This document shows, piece after piece, positions 18,103 to 30,123 of a DNA stretch of 64,000 nt (within the stretch, counting starts at the first letter, position 1; each line of letters begins with the position of its first letter). The stretch comes from Verrucomicrobiia bacterium (GTDB taxonomy: Bacteria; Verrucomicrobiota; Verrucomicrobiia; Limisphaerales; UBA1319): assembly GCA_963664225.1 (NCBI GenBank), contig OY760937.1, positions 3,200,001-3,264,000 of the forward strand. Direction: 5' to 3'. The position numbers and the translations under genes were made by a program. The notes beneath the pieces are model-generated. The model was not told the DNA's origin. It did no database searches and saw only the letters and a program-made list of their open reading frames with translations.

Positions 18103-19389
18103 TTACGCCGTCACCGGTCGGTGTTTCTTAATGAATTCAGGATCGATTTCCACGCCCAGTCCGGGGCCGGTCGGCACCTTGATCTTTCCGCCCACGATCT
18201 TCAGCGGCGAGGTCTTGCACTCAAAAGGCACGTTGGTGCCCAGCCCCTTGAACTCATGATGGGCACCGGCATTGGGCAGCACGGAGACGAGGTGACTGTT
18301 GTACAGGAAGCCCAGGCCGCCTCCGGACATGTGTGGGACGATCGATTTGCCGAACGCCGCCGCCATGCGCCCGACCTTCACGGATCGGATGAGGCCGCCG
18401 AAGTAGTAGCTGTCCGGCTGCACAATCTCGATGGCGTCATTGGCGATCAGCCAGCGGAAGTTGACAAAGCCCTGGTCCTGCTCGCCGTTGGCGATCGGAA
18501 TGGTCAGGGCGTCGGCCACCTTCTTGATGGCTTCGAAGTCATCGTACATCACAGGCTCTTCAAAATAGGCATACTTGTTTTCCTCGAGCAGCTTGCCCAC
18601 ACGGATCGCCTCGTCCACCTCATAATAGCCATTCGCGTCGGCATAGAGCGCCATGTCGCTCCCGAAAGTCTCCCGGAGCAGGGGGATCAAACGTTCGCTC
18701 TTTCCCACGGGACCCGTGGCGCGCATGTCGGTGGTCATGAACATCAGGCAGCCCACCTTGATCTTGAGTGCCTTGGCGTCGTATTCCGCCACGGCCTTCC
18801 TGATCCGATCGAAGGTTTCCTCCAGGGGGCGCTCCCGCCATTCGGTCGCCACATAGACGGCGACTTCCGGATGATGAATCTGACCGATCAACTGGCCGAG
18901 CGATCGTCCGGCCATGCGCCCGAGCATATCGAGAATGGCGAACTCGAGGGTCGCCAGCGGCAGCCCGAGGGAGATTCCATTGTAGCGGAAGTTGAACCCG
19001 TAGATGTAAACCTTCTCCAGAATCAGATCCAATTCGCGGGCATCCTTGCCCAGGAAAAATGGGCGCAGGTTCTGAAGAAATATCGGATAGAGCAGGCTCA
19101 TGCCGCTGTGCGCGACCGAAATGCCCTCAGCGCCGTCAGCCGACCGGACGCGGCACAGGTAGCTGTTTTCCGACCGGAGCAGTTCGACGCTTTGAATGAT
19201 GACGGGGCTGGTGAACAGCTCCTTTTTCAGCACAGGCTGACGAAGGATTTCGAGAAGCCTGGCCTGCCTCGCTTCGACGTCCTGCAGGCGGACGCGGCCC
19301 GCACTATCCGCCCCGCGCGAGGACAGGGAAACCAGTGGCGAGGCCAGCCCTGCGGCTGCTGCCGTTGAGAGGAATTTTCGTCGGTTCAT
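18103..19389 (-). CDS. Tat-exported mandelate racemase/muconate lactonising enzyme family protein
   Basis: MNRRKFL Tat motif; KIKVG, DANG, EEP, GEQ, VQPD and GPGLGVEID enolase-superfamily motifs. Confidence 0.92.
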   Translation of the reverse strand: MNRRKFLSTAAAAGLASPLVSLSSRGADSAGRVRLQDVEARQARLLEILRQPVLKKELFTSPVIIQSVELLRSENSYLCRVRSADGAEGISVAHSGMSLLYPIFLQNLRPFFLGKDARELDLILEKVYIYGFNFRYNGISLGLPLATLEFAILDMLGRMAGRSLGQLIGQIHHPEVAVYVATEWRERPLEETFDRIRKAVAEYDAKALKIKVGCLMFMTTDMRATGPVGKSERLIPLLRETFGSDMALYADANGYYEVDEAIRVGKLLEENKYAYFEEPVMYDDFEAIKKVADALTIPIANGEQDQGFVNFRWLIANDAIEIVQPDSYYFGGLIRSVKVGRMAAAFGKSIVPHMSGGGLGFLYNSHLVSVLPNAGAHHEFKGLGTNVPFECKTSPLKIVGGKIKVPTGPGLGVEIDPEFIKKHRPVTA

Positions 19390-19409
19390 AAATCGGGTTC
19401 TGCGTTTTA

Positions 19410-22073
19410 TCAGCGCTGCAGCTTCACCACTACGTAAGGCGTCTCCTGGTTCAGGTCGGGATGGATGCCGCCGTTGCCATCGTTGTCCATCGCCTCGATG
19501 AAATACATGATGTCCCAGGTCGGAGGGAGATCAGCCAGGGGGATGACCGCTTGATACCGGCCTTCCACACCAGTGGGAAGCATGGACACGGTGCGGTAGT
19601 CCTGATGCTGGTTGACGCTGCGAAAACGGAGACGCACCCACTTGACCCCGGCTGGATCGCGCACTTCGGCGGTAATGGTGAGTGGCATGCCGGCCGGGGC
19701 GGCAAGGACGGGCTGGTGCAATACCTGAGGCGGCGTCCCGTCACCCGCGATGGTGGAAGGCTGAAAGCGAGGCGCGGACCTGGCTGCGGGATTGGGCTTC
19801 AAATCGCGCCGCATTCGATCCAAAGTGGCCAGGCCCTTTTCGAGCGCCGCCAGCTCATCCTTCCAATGTCCGCAAAGGTCGGCGCCGCGCACGCCCATCA
19901 TGAGGTCATTGGTGTAAAAGTCTCCCGCGGCCGCCACGAGTTGCCGCCACGCTTCGATGGCGTTCCGCTCCTCCGCGATCGCTTCATCGAGAGCCTTCGC
20001 GTCCTTGCTCCGCTCGAACAGGCGGAAGTTGACGGCGGCGGTGATTCTGCGCGAGTGATAGAGCGCCAGGTTGGCAAGAATCTTAAGATCCGTGAGCGTG
20101 GACTCGAGTTCCCTGCCACCGCGGGCGTCCTTGTGTTGCCCGGCCCCGGCCACTGCGGAGGTGATTTCGGCCGCGGTCTGCGCGAACCAACGGCTGTTCG
20201 CGCCGGGCCGTATCTTCGCCGTTTCACCGCCATCGAGGAGCAATTGCGCCTCCTCGTCGAAGCTGGCGAACTGCTGAATGTCACTGCCCTCGGCGCGCGC
20301 GTAGGCAGGCAGGTCGCCGAGCCGCTGTTTCTCCGCCCAACCGCGGGTCATGGGGAAGCTACCATACGGGTAGCACGAAGCGACAATGCGGGGCAGCACC
20401 TTGCTGGCCTGGTGCAGACCTTGCTCGATGAAGGGGGCGGATGCCTGGCCAAAGCGCCTTTCGAACTCCCGCTGCCAGATTTCCGACGGTGAGTCGGGGT
20501 TGTAGCCCAACCGGCCGAACACCTGGAAGAAGTGCCAGTAGCGCTCGAACTCGTATTGGTAGTAACGGTGCGGCGGCGTCAGCAAGTCGAACGGTTTTGC
20601 GTCGTGCGGCTGGGCCTCCATCTTGGTGCAGAGCGGTTCGTTCACCTCGAAACCGGCGCCGTCGTAGAGGCGGGTGCTTTCGACAAAACGGCGCGCGTAA
20701 TCGGGATCCCCCCACAACAACACGCGCGCGGTGCCGCCGTTCCACAGGCGCCACAGCATCTGGTAGCGTTGCGGGTAACGCAGCATGTCCGCGTAAGAGT
20801 GGCGGCGGTCAAACTGGTTCTCGCGGTTGACGTGGGTGGGATGAAACGGCAGCCCCATTTGTTCCATCCAATACTTGGTGGTGATGCGAAACGGCACACC
20901 CACCGCCAGGGCGCTCTCGATGACTGAGTCGGGCAGCCCCTTGGCCCGCAAATCGAGTCGCAGGTTTGGAGCCTCTTTTTTCATCATCTGGAACACGTCG
21001 CGCCAAAAAACCTCCTGCTCGCCGGCTTTCAGGCCGGATTCGTCATGCATGCGGAATTGAATGGCATCGAGCGCCGGGACCTGCTTCACAAACCGGGCGA
21101 GCGCGGCCTGGGTATAAGGGACGAGATTCTCCGCCGTTACGCCCCAAACCAGGCCGGGCGTGGGCTGTCTGGTGGCTGCATCCGCTCCGGGAATGCCACC
21201 GCCCTGCACACCGCCGCGATAGATGTGGTCCCAAATCCCCACGGTGAACTTCACGCCGCGGTCGTGCGCCATCTGGATGAGCCGGTTCAGCGCCCCGAGG
21301 TTGCGCTGTTGCTGTTCCGGCGTCAGGCCCACCATCCGCACGCCGGGGAATCCTTCCACGTCGAAGAAGTAAGGGTAGCACGGCGCCAGAAAGCCGCCGT
21401 TTTCATAACCGAAAATCACCACCAGCGAATTGAACCGGTTTTGCGCCAGCACATTGAGATACCGCGCCCAGTAGGCTTCGTCGAAAAACCGGCTTTCCCA
21501 ATACGCCCGGTTAAAGGTGTAGATGGAGAGCGCCCGCTCGGACGCGCAGGGCTTTTCCTCCACGTCCCGGACCTCGCTAAACGGTTGCTCCGCCGACGCC
21601 GCCCAGCCAACCCGGTCTGCGACGTCCAGCAGCGCATACATTAACCCGCGTGGGTCGGCCCCGACGATCAGGAGGACGGTTTGGTCGTTCCGGCTGAACT
21701 TGCGGATTAATAGCGACTCCGGTGTCTTTGGAAACGGGAGCTTCAATTCGGTCAGGAGGGTCGCCGTTTCTCCGATGTCCGATGTGAGGCTGGCGATGAC
21801 CACGAATCGGCCATTGGCGCGTTGGAACGAGGCGGCTTCCGCCAGCGATACCCCTTTCGCCTGTAGGGCTTCCTTGAGCTTGCTCAGGCCATGCTGGATG
21901 GGCTTCGCGGTATCGGCACGGATGACCAAGGAGACCAGCGGAGCGTCGGCGGCAAATGTTGCAGGTGGAAAAATGGCCAGAAGAGAGAGCACACCAAAAG
22001 CGACGGGCAAGATGCGTTTCAAGATGGCTGCAATGGGAGTCACAGCCGGATTCAAGCAGGGGCTGGAAAACAT
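19410..22073 (-). CDS. Large exported protein, putative carbohydrate-active (GH67/GH115-like N-terminal domain)
   Basis: Signal-peptide-like segment; [12 protein letters not shown] motif; C-terminal Ig-like domain; start uncertain. Confidence 0.7.
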   Translation of the reverse strand: MFSSPCLNPAVTPIAAILKRILPVAFGVLSLLAIFPPATFAADAPLVSLVIRADTAKPIQHGLSKLKEALQAKGVSLAEAASFQRANGRFVVIASLTSDIGETATLLTELKLPFPKTPESLLIRKFSRNDQTVLLIVGADPRGLMYALLDVADRVGWAASAEQPFSEVRDVEEKPCASERALSIYTFNRAYWESRFFDEAYWARYLNVLAQNRFNSLVVIFGYENGGFLAPCYPYFFDVEGFPGVRMVGLTPEQQQRNLGALNRLIQMAHDRGVKFTVGIWDHIYRGGVQGGGIPGADAATRQPTPGLVWGVTAENLVPYTQAALARFVKQVPALDAIQFRMHDESGLKAGEQEVFWRDVFQMMKKEAPNLRLDLRAKGLPDSVIESALAVGVPFRITTKYWMEQMGLPFHPTHVNRENQFDRRHSYADMLRYPQRYQMLWRLWNGGTARVLLWGDPDYARRFVESTRLYDGAGFEVNEPLCTKMEAQPHDAKPFDLLTPPHRYYQYEFERYWHFFQVFGRLGYNPDSPSEIWQREFERRFGQASAPFIEQGLHQASKVLPRIVASCYPYGSFPMTRGWAEKQRLGDLPAYARAEGSDIQQFASFDEEAQLLLDGGETAKIRPGANSRWFAQTAAEITSAVAGAGQHKDARGGRELESTLTDLKILANLALYHSRRITAAVNFRLFERSKDAKALDEAIAEERNAIEAWRQLVAAAGDFYTNDLMMGVRGADLCGHWKDELAALEKGLATLDRMRRDLKPNPAARSAPRFQPSTIAGDGTPPQVLHQPVLAAPAGMPLTITAEVRDPAGVKWVRLRFRSVNQHQDYRTVSMLPTGVEGRYQAVIPLADLPPTWDIMYFIEAMDNDGNGGIHPDLNQETPYVVVKLQR

Positions 22074-22287
22074 GGCAACTGTTTTGAAGGACGGGCGGAC
22101 GGCGAAGCGCGCGGCCTTTTTTGGTCTTTTCCCAATACAGATGAAACCACATCCCGATTTCATGCCTTTTGCCAGCTTTTCGATCGGCAAAATGCGGGAT
22201 TTTGAAGCTGTAGGGGTACGCAAAAGCGGCGCCGTTTCCAGCGCCGCATCTGAGGATGGGTTTTTTTTATATGCGATACTAATTCGC

Positions 22288-23301
22288 TTATTTCAAAATC
22301 GGACGAAGAACAATGTTCCGATATTCAATTCCAGCGTGATCTCCCTGCAAATAAATTGGACCCGGCTTGAACTCATCAGACCAGAGGGCGCCGCCTGTGC
22401 AGCCCAGGAGGGGTTGGTTATCGATGATTTTTTTGCCGTTCAGGATCACCGTGGCATGACGGTCGCAGAGGGTGATTTGCACGGTCTGCCGCTCGCCTGC
22501 GGGCTTTTCAGCCGCCTCAGTGGGGGTTAAACGGCTGTAAATGGCGCCCATATTATGGGAATCGACCGCATGGCCGTAAGTATCGGCCACCTGGCACTCA
22601 TAGATGCCGCGCAGGTAAATGCCGCTGTTGCCGTTCTTGGGAACTCGGGCCTCGATATTGAGCTGGAAATCCTCAAATTCCTTTTCCGTGCGCAAATTGC
22701 CGTAGTTTTTGTGGGGTTTACCCTCTTCCTGGGCGGGATCGTTGATCAAAATGCCGTCTTTGACGCTCCATCCATTGGCCTGATTTTCATCGGTTAACTT
22801 CCAACCTGAAAGGTCTTTATCGTTAAATAACTTAATCGGGTCGCCGAATTTCACATTATTCAGGTCCGGAGCGGGCGGAACGGCCGGAATCCGTTTGCCG
22901 GTGAATTCCTCCCGGGTGATGCCTTCGCCGTTTTCGTTGAGGTGGAGGATAACGAGATTGATTTGGTCACCATCGACTTTTCCGGTGATCAAATCGGTGA
23001 ATTGCTGGGTGCGGACCACTTTGCCGCTTTCATCTTTGCGCTGCACCTGCCGGGTGCGGGAAACGTAAATGGCGTCACGATCGAAGACGACACTGGAGGC
23101 GGGTTCCACGCTGCCGCCGCCCCAGAGAACGCCGGCATCGTACCAGCCTTTTTCCTGGGTGACGCCCAGCCAGCCGGCGCCGCCGCCCGGGATGGTCAGG
23201 GCCCAGCGCCCGATGAAGGGGTTTGAATTATCCGCGGCGAGAACTGCGCCACCGGCAAGCAGCAATGCGCCCGCGATCGAAGCAAGGTGTTTCATAGACA
23301 T
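22288..23301 (-). CDS. DUF1080 (3-keto-disaccharide hydrolase-like) exported protein
   Basis: LFNDKDLSGW, GNSGIYLRG and GPIYLQGDH...YRNI motifs. Confidence 0.9.
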   Translation of the reverse strand: MSMKHLASIAGALLLAGGAVLAADNSNPFIGRWALTIPGGGAGWLGVTQEKGWYDAGVLWGGGSVEPASSVVFDRDAIYVSRTRQVQRKDESGKVVRTQQFTDLITGKVDGDQINLVILHLNENGEGITREEFTGKRIPAVPPAPDLNNVKFGDPIKLFNDKDLSGWKLTDENQANGWSVKDGILINDPAQEEGKPHKNYGNLRTEKEFEDFQLNIEARVPKNGNSGIYLRGIYECQVADTYGHAVDSHNMGAIYSRLTPTEAAEKPAGERQTVQITLCDRHATVILNGKKIIDNQPLLGCTGGALWSDEFKPGPIYLQGDHAGIEYRNIVLRPILK

Positions 23302-23464
23302 GATGGAGTTTGTTATTGCGGATTATTAATGCCACAGGTTCCGGGATTGGGCAAGGAAGGAAGCGGGTGCATGAAATTCACATGGATGGACAGGATGCAC
23401 AGGATGCACAGGATAAAAAGGGATGTTGGTTCGCAAAAACATCCATGCTTGAATTCCTTCCGAT

Positions 23465-26400
23465 TCAGAGCGCCAGCAGGAGCTTTTTGATCTCTTTTAG
23501 GCGCGCAGAGGCGGTTTTCTTGGTCATGCGCGGAAATTTTCCGGACATCATGATGTAATCCTTGTTGCGCTTGAGCATCAATTTATCGAGGCGCGTTTCA
23601 ATTTCAGAAACGCCCTTCCCGGCGGCCAGGATTTTAAGTTCGGCAATGCTCAGCAGCAGTTCCAGCGATTCGGGCAATGGACCGAAACGATCACGGCACT
23701 CGTTTTTGAGGGCGGACAGGGATTCCTGATCGTTGGCCTGGGCGAGTTTGCGATAGATTTCCACGCGCTGGCGGTCGTCGGGCACGTAGTCATACGGCAC
23801 GAATGCCGCCGCATGGCGGACGGGCACCGGAGTGTCGATGGCGCGGGCGGAGGGTTCGGAATGCCAGGTGGCCACCTCGCGCGGAATCGAGATTTGGTCT
23901 TTGGACTGAACAGCCGGTTTCTCAGCTTCTTCCAGAGCCGGGATGCCCGGTTGGAGGTGGATGAAATCGATGCGAACGGAGACATCGATTCGTTTCTTGA
24001 CCGGCTCGCCTTTCAGGGCGCTGACGCTTTGCTTGAGAAGCTGGCAATAGAGCTCGAAGCCCACGGCGGTGATGTGACCGCTTTGCTGGGGGCCCAGGAG
24101 GTTGCCCGCGCCGCGAATTTCCAGGTCGCGCATGGCGATCTTAAATCCGCTGCCCAGGCTCGAGTATTGCTTGATGGCGCTGAGGCGTTTCCGGGCGTCC
24201 GAGAGCAATCCGGCATGTCGGGGCAGGAGCAGGTAAGCGTAGGCCTGATGTTTATAGCGGCCCACGCGCCCGCGCAATTGGTAAAGGTCGCTCAGGCCGA
24301 AGCGGTCGGCGCGGTCGATGATGATGGTGTTTGCGTTGGGAATATCCAGGCCGCTCTCGATGATCGTGGTGGAGACGAGCACATCAGCCTGGCCATTGAT
24401 GAACTGGGACATGATGTCCTCAAGTTCGTCGCTTTCCATCTGGCCGTGGCCCACAACCAGTCGCGCCTGCGGAACCAGCGCGCGAATGCGGTCGGCAACA
24501 ATGCCGATGGTGGCGACTCGATTGTGCAGGAAAAAGACCTGACCCTGGCGGTTGATCTCGCGCAGGATGGCGTCCCGAATCACGCGCTCGTCGTAGGCAA
24601 TGACCTGGGTTTCCACCGGGAGGCGGTCATGCGGCGGCGTCTCGATGGTGCTCATGTCACGCGCTCCGGTCAGGGCCAGATAGAGCGTGCGCGGAATGGG
24701 CGTCGCGCTCAGGGTCAACACATCCACGAGATGGCGCAGACGCTTGAAACGTTCCTTGTGGAGCACGCCGAAGCGCTGTTCCTCGTCGATCACCACCAAT
24801 CCGAGGTCCTTGAAAGTGATGTCGTCCTGAATGAGTCGGTGTGTGCCGATGACCACGTCCACCGCGCCGCTGGCCAGGTCCTGGACCGCGCGCTTTTGCT
24901 GGGCGCGGCTGCGATAGCGGGAGAGCAGTTCGATGCGCACCGGGTAATCGGCCATGCGCTCGCGAAAGGTGTTGAAATGTTGTTGCGCGAGAACCGTGGT
25001 GGGAACCAGCACCGCGGCTTGTTTTCCACTCATCACGGCCTTGAACACGGCGCGCAGGGCCACCTCCGTTTTGCCGAAACCGACATCGCCGCAGATGAGC
25101 CGGTCCATCGGCTTGGGATTCTCCATGTCGGTCTTGGCATCGAGAATGGCTTTGTGCTGGCCGGGGGTTTCCTCGTAGAGAAAGGAGCTTTCGAATTCCC
25201 GCTGCCAGGGGGTGTCGGGAGGAAATGAATGGCCCATTTGCGCGGCGCGCGCCGCTTGAATGGAGAGAAGCTCCGAGGCCAGATCGCGAACGGCGTGCTC
25301 GGCCTGAGCCCGGGCCTTGGCCCAACGCGCGCCCCCGAGCGTGTTCAGCGGCGGACGGACCTTGCCCGCGCCCACGTATTTGCCGACGAGGTGGGCTTCC
25401 GTCACCGGGACATAGAGCTTGGGCGGCTCCTGATCGGGGCTGCTCGCGGCGTATTCGATTACCAGGCATTCCTGGCCCTGGCCCGGTTCCTTGCGGAGGT
25501 TGACATCCTCACCGCGCCGCCGCGTGGCGTTGAAGGGCATGACCTGTAGGCCGCAATACCGCCCAATGCCATGCTGCAAATGCACGACATAGTCGCCTTC
25601 CTCGAGTTCTGTAAAATCGATTTCCAGGGCGGATCGGGTGACCCGGGCCTGCGGCGACTTGAGCCTCCGGGCCGAGGGTACCCGGTAGCGTCCGAACACC
25701 TCGGCATCCGTCACCACCACCAGCCGGGTGTCGTCAAGCAGAAAACCCCGGGAGAGCGTTCCAATGAACGTCTCCATGGGTTCCATCTCGGGCGACGACT
25801 CGGGGTTGCCCAGACCGCATTCCGCCCAGACTTCCTTGAAGCGCTGCAGTTCTCCGGCATTGTTGCAGAAGACGCGCACCGCATACCCCTGGCGGCTCCA
25901 CCGATGAAGTTGCGCGAAGAATTCGAGGCGCTGCGCCTCGGCCACTTGCGGATCCGGCGCTTGCACATCCATGGGTCGATAGGCATCGAGGCTGGTCATG
26001 GCCATGTCCTCGTTTTCCATAGCCAGTTCGCTCAATTCAACCGCGGTCGATCCATTGGCCTCGAAGCGTTCGCGCGTCTGGCTCCAGGGAATGTAAAAAG
26101 CATCCTTCACCGGAATCTGGGCCTCGTACAGCGCGGCCTGTTCCTCCAGCAAATCCGGTTCGAGCAACAGAATAATCGAATTCGCGGGCAGGTAGTCCGT
26201 GAACGCACCAAGGCCCTCGATGGGACGCCCCTGTTCGCGGGCCTGGATTTCCACCTGGCGCAGCAGGCCCAGTTCGCCGCCGGGCGGGAGGAGGATTTGT
26301 TCAAGAGGCCCAATGGACATCTGCGTGGAGGGATCGAACCAGCGCAGGGATTCCAATTCGTCCCCGAAGAATTCGAGGCGCACGGGTTGCGCGGCCGTGA

Positions 26401-27064
26401 TGGGATAAATATCCAGAATGCCCCCGCGCAGGGAAAATTCGCCCGGCTGGGTGACCTTGGCCTCCGGCTCATAACCCTGTTCCTCGAGCCAGACCGCCAG
26501 TGTCCCCGGCTCGATGTGTTCCGCGCGCGCGACGGCCCGGGTGCGATCACGCAAGGCCCCGGGTGAAAACGTACTCTGCATCAGGGCGGAAATCGTGGTG
26601 ACGATCACGGGCGCGGATGTCGATGGCGCGGTCAAATCCACAGGGGATTGAAGACTCAACAATGCCGTGAGTGTGTTGAGGCGGTCGCTGATGACATCGA
26701 TGTGGGGCAGCTTGCCTTCATGCGGCAGGTTTTCCCACGCGGGATAAAAAAAGGCGGCGTGTGAGGAAGCGGCGTTCGCGGCGGTGACTTCTGCAGGGGA
26801 CGAATCGAGAAACCGGAGCCAGTTTTCAACGTCCTGCTGGAGGATTTCCTGGGTCTTGCGGCCGGTGGTCACGGCCATGATGGCGCGGTCCGGAAATTGG
26901 TGACGCAACACGGCGCACAAAAACGGCTGGGCTCCCGTGCTGACTCCGCCCAGGGACAAAAGTCCCCCATTCTCCATGCGCCGCAGCAAATCCTGCACAG
27001 CGGGAGATTTCAATGCGCGTTCGATCAAAGCGGCGCCATCCGCGTTTGGACGGTTCTGCGCCAA
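23465..27064 (-). CDS. mfd: Transcription-repair coupling factor
   Basis: GEFSLRGGILDI, VVHLQHGIG, MDRLICGDVGFGKT, DEEQRFG, QLRGRVGR and TRCF C-terminus. Confidence 0.97.
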   Translation of the reverse strand: MAQNRPNADGAALIERALKSPAVQDLLRRMENGGLLSLGGVSTGAQPFLCAVLRHQFPDRAIMAVTTGRKTQEILQQDVENWLRFLDSSPAEVTAANAASSHAAFFYPAWENLPHEGKLPHIDVISDRLNTLTALLSLQSPVDLTAPSTSAPVIVTTISALMQSTFSPGALRDRTRAVARAEHIEPGTLAVWLEEQGYEPEAKVTQPGEFSLRGGILDIYPITAAQPVRLEFFGDELESLRWFDPSTQMSIGPLEQILLPPGGELGLLRQVEIQAREQGRPIEGLGAFTDYLPANSIILLLEPDLLEEQAALYEAQIPVKDAFYIPWSQTRERFEANGSTAVELSELAMENEDMAMTSLDAYRPMDVQAPDPQVAEAQRLEFFAQLHRWSRQGYAVRVFCNNAGELQRFKEVWAECGLGNPESSPEMEPMETFIGTLSRGFLLDDTRLVVVTDAEVFGRYRVPSARRLKSPQARVTRSALEIDFTELEEGDYVVHLQHGIGRYCGLQVMPFNATRRRGEDVNLRKEPGQGQECLVIEYAASSPDQEPPKLYVPVTEAHLVGKYVGAGKVRPPLNTLGGARWAKARAQAEHAVRDLASELLSIQAARAAQMGHSFPPDTPWQREFESSFLYEETPGQHKAILDAKTDMENPKPMDRLICGDVGFGKTEVALRAVFKAVMSGKQAAVLVPTTVLAQQHFNTFRERMADYPVRIELLSRYRSRAQQKRAVQDLASGAVDVVIGTHRLIQDDITFKDLGLVVIDEEQRFGVLHKERFKRLRHLVDVLTLSATPIPRTLYLALTGARDMSTIETPPHDRLPVETQVIAYDERVIRDAILREINRQGQVFFLHNRVATIGIVADRIRALVPQARLVVGHGQMESDELEDIMSQFINGQADVLVSTTIIESGLDIPNANTIIIDRADRFGLSDLYQLRGRVGRYKHQAYAYLLLPRHAGLLSDARKRLSAIKQYSSLGSGFKIAMRDLEIRGAGNLLGPQQSGHITAVGFELYCQLLKQSVSALKGEPVKKRIDVSVRIDFIHLQPGIPALEEAEKPAVQSKDQISIPREVATWHSEPSARAIDTPVPVRHAAAFVPYDYVPDDRQRVEIYRKLAQANDQESLSALKNECRDRFGPLPESLELLLSIAELKILAAGKGVSEIETRLDKLMLKRNKDYIMMSGKFPRMTKKTASARLKEIKKLLLAL

Positions 27065-27383
27065 GCGGGTTCAAACTCGCACGGAGACGGCGGATTCGTC
27101 AAGCGGGGTTGCAGGAAGGCAAAAGTGGCAAACCGCACTTTGAAAAACACGTCTCCGGCACAGTGCGGCCCGGACGACTTTTTCTCCCTGACTCTTCTAT
27201 CTGGTTGAATGAAACGGGATTGGGGTTAGGATGGATTGTCGAAATCGATATGAATTGGCGGGTGGCAGATTGGCGAACCTGGATCGCCGGGAATGGGTAT
27301 GGCGTCGAACGCGTCCCTTATGCAAGAGATGCAACAGATGCAGCAGTGAGAAATGGCGCGACCGAAACGCGTCTTGTAGTTTC

Positions 27384-28283
27384 ATGACATCGGAAAATCC
27401 ATTTGTGCCTGTTGAAAAAGCCCCGGAATCTCATTCCCCGGCCTCATCGAATGTCGCGCCCAAGCCCGACGAACCGCAGGCCTGGCAGCCGCTGACCTTC
27501 GGGGGCGTGGCGCGTTTTGCGCGGGCTCATCTCGCGCGCATTTACCTGATGCAGATTCTGTTTGCCGCAATCAGCGGCGGGGTGTGCATCTGGTTTTTTG
27601 CCACGGCATGGTCCCCGGTGATCGGAGAGGCCATCCGGCAACTGCCCGAACAGGGCGCGTTAAATCGGGGCGTCCTGGAGTGGAAGGGTCATTTCCCTGT
27701 GCGTTTGGCGGCCTCCGCCCATGTGAGCATTGCCGTGGATCTGGACGTTTCGATGCCGGACGCGGAGGTGGGGGATTGGGTGTTTGTCTTCAACCGCAAG
27801 GAGATTCTGGCCTCTTCAATTTTCGGTGTCTTCGCCGCATCGTATCCAAGGGAATGGAGTTTTCCCGTGAACCGGCCATATCTCGAGCCCTGGTGGGGCG
27901 CGCATAAGCCCTTCCTTCTTGCGGGCATTGGCGTGGCGGTGGGTGTGGCACTGCTGGTGTGCTGGATGATCATGAGCCTGGTCTATGCGCCGGTGGTGCG
28001 CCTGGGGGCATTCATTCTGGACCGAAAACTTTCCATGTCCGGCGCGTGGCGACTGGCCATGATGGCGTTGATGCCCGGATCGCTTTGGGTCTGTGTCAGC
28101 CTGATTCTGTATGAGACGCGCACCCTCGAGATCATCGGCTTTCTCGCCGCTTACATCCTCCATTTTATCGTGGGCTGGGTGTATGTGACCGGCGCGCTCT
28201 ACAACCTCCCGAGCTCGATTTCCAGCGCTGAGGCTAATCCATTTGACGCCAGTGCGTCACCGCCGGCCGAGCAGAACCTTTAA
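27384..28283 (+). CDS. Hypothetical membrane protein
   Basis: Several hydrophobic helices; start taken at ATG 27384. Confidence 0.75.
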   Translation: MTSENPFVPVEKAPESHSPASSNVAPKPDEPQAWQPLTFGGVARFARAHLARIYLMQILFAAISGGVCIWFFATAWSPVIGEAIRQLPEQGALNRGVLEWKGHFPVRLAASAHVSIAVDLDVSMPDAEVGDWVFVFNRKEILASSIFGVFAASYPREWSFPVNRPYLEPWWGAHKPFLLAGIGVAVGVALLVCWMIMSLVYAPVVRLGAFILDRKLSMSGAWRLAMMALMPGSLWVCVSLILYETRTLEIIGFLAAYILHFIVGWVYVTGALYNLPSSISSAEANPFDASASPPAEQNL

Positions 28284-30083
28284 GTTCATGAACGCCGTGG
28301 TCATGGCCTCGCGGTCCGCCTCCCGATATTTCTCGGGCAGATAGCGCCGGTCCGAGCACGACAGAACCGCGGCCAGTTCCTGAAGCGCCAGAAGATTCGG
28401 GTCCAGTGGATCGATGAACGATCCGGCGGCCGCTTCAAAGTCCTCCAATTGCACGTCCGTGTCCCGCTTTGCGAGAACGGCGCGTTCCTGCGCGCGGACG
28501 AGCACCGCTTCCGTGTCCGAGCCGGTCAGCGGGCGGGTGCCCAGTTGCGCGCGTATGAAATCCTTCACCGGATCGGACAGGGCGATTTTTCGGGAACGCG
28601 CCACCGTGGAGAATAGTTCCAGCACCTCGTCCGGCGTTTGCGCGGGAAACAGCGGGATGCTCAAGCCGAAACGACCCTGGCGTTTCATGTCGATGGCCAG
28701 CAGGTCCGGGCGCGAAGTCATGGCGATCCACAGCTCGCGGCCCCGCAGCGAGGAATCGCCGATGTGCGCCGCGAACGTGGCGAAGACCCGCCCCGAAATG
28801 CCGCTGTCGTCGCTGCCTCCCTCGCGGGTGCCGAACACCGCGTCCGCCTCGTCCACCACCACAATGACAGGCCCCAGCGCGCGGATGGTCATGAGGATGC
28901 GCATTTGCTGGAGCTCCGTATCGCCCACCCATTTGGAGCGAAACTCGCCCAATTCCATCACCGGCAACCCGCATTCCGCCGCAAAACAATCCACAATGAA
29001 CGACTTGCCCACACCCACGCGTCCGGGCAGCAGCGCGCCGCGTTCGAGCACCTCGCGTTTGCCGTTTTTGATCAGCCATGCCAACTCGCGCAACTTAATC
29101 TTCGCCGCCGCGTGCGTGGCCACGGAATCCAGATTAATGCCGGGCTTGGGATTCTTGAACCGCACCAATCCCTGGCAGAATTCCTCGATCAGCCGCTTTT
29201 TGCCCGACGCCACCTGAGCGGAGGTAACCCGCACGCCGTTGCGCACCGCTTCGGCCAGCAAATGTTCGATTCGCAGCAGGTTCAAGCCGGACAACTGCAC
29301 GGCCAGTTCCTCCAGCGTGTAGTCCGACCATTCCGCCGCTGGCTTGCCATCGACCAACCCCTTGATCGTGTCAGATTGGAGGAATCCCGTGCGCTCCTCG
29401 GCGTCCGGCATGTCGATGTCGATCTGGGCCACATGCGGATTTTGAAGCAGGTCGGCGTTGAGTTTTCCGGCGGATTCGGCCACCAGGAACACCCCCACGT
29501 CCAGCCGGCGCATCTCCGGGGATGCCGCCCATTTGAGCAGCGTGACCAGCGCCATGCGTTCGTCGTTGCTCGCATAGGCGTCCGTGGCCGACGGGATGAT
29601 TTTCTCCGCAAAATCGATCACCAGCGTGACGCCGCCGTCCTTTTCCTCGGCCATGCGCATGAAAAACCGGCGCAGCACCGGGGCCAGCTTGATGAACTCG
29701 CGCGGCGGTCCCTGCGACCGAAAGCTCGTATTCTCCACCTGGTCATAGATTTCCAGCCACGCGAAAAAGCGCTTCTGCATCGCGGCAGAGCCGAACGTCA
29801 ACCCGTCACCGATATCGTAGAATAAAAGAAACTCGCGCTCGGGAAATATCCGTCGCGCCAGAAAAGTCTTCAGCGGGACATAGGTGGGGCCATTGCCATC
29901 CTGAACGGGAAACACATCATAGATGTTCCCATGCAGCACGAAGAGGGAATAAGTCCCGGCGTTCCAGCGTCGGGCCAGTTCGAGAGCCCAGCCCCGCAAC
30001 GGCAGCCGCGTGGGAGCAATGGCTGTCGGCGCGGGTTCAATCTTGACTGGCGCGACGGTCTTTGCGGAATTTTCCTGTGTCAT
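28257..30083 (-). CDS. AAA+ ATPase (degenerate N-terminal module plus active C-terminal AAA domain)
   Basis: Walker A GRVGVGKS, SKWVG pore loop, Walker B VVVDEAD and TSRPD...KRQGRF. Confidence 0.9.
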   Translation of the reverse strand: MTQENSAKTVAPVKIEPAPTAIAPTRLPLRGWALELARRWNAGTYSLFVLHGNIYDVFPVQDGNGPTYVPLKTFLARRIFPEREFLLFYDIGDGLTFGSAAMQKRFFAWLEIYDQVENTSFRSQGPPREFIKLAPVLRRFFMRMAEEKDGGVTLVIDFAEKIIPSATDAYASNDERMALVTLLKWAASPEMRRLDVGVFLVAESAGKLNADLLQNPHVAQIDIDMPDAEERTGFLQSDTIKGLVDGKPAAEWSDYTLEELAVQLSGLNLLRIEHLLAEAVRNGVRVTSAQVASGKKRLIEEFCQGLVRFKNPKPGINLDSVATHAAAKIKLRELAWLIKNGKREVLERGALLPGRVGVGKSFIVDCFAAECGLPVMELGEFRSKWVGDTELQQMRILMTIRALGPVIVVVDEADAVFGTREGGSDDSGISGRVFATFAAHIGDSSLRGRELWIAMTSRPDLLAIDMKRQGRFGLSIPLFPAQTPDEVLELFSTVARSRKIALSDPVKDFIRAQLGTRPLTGSDTEAVLVRAQERAVLAKRDTDVQLEDFEAAAGSFIDPLDPNLLALQELAAVLSCSDRRYLPEKYREADREAMTTAFMNLKVLLGRR

Positions 30084-30123
30084 GGTTTCGTGCTTTGTTG
30101 CCCTTTGCGAACTCGATCCTCCA

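Noticed and set aside
16249..19368. 1039-aa plus-strand ORF
   Set aside because: Antisense shadow of two motif-bearing minus-strand genes; no recognisable domain, and expected in GC-rich DNA.
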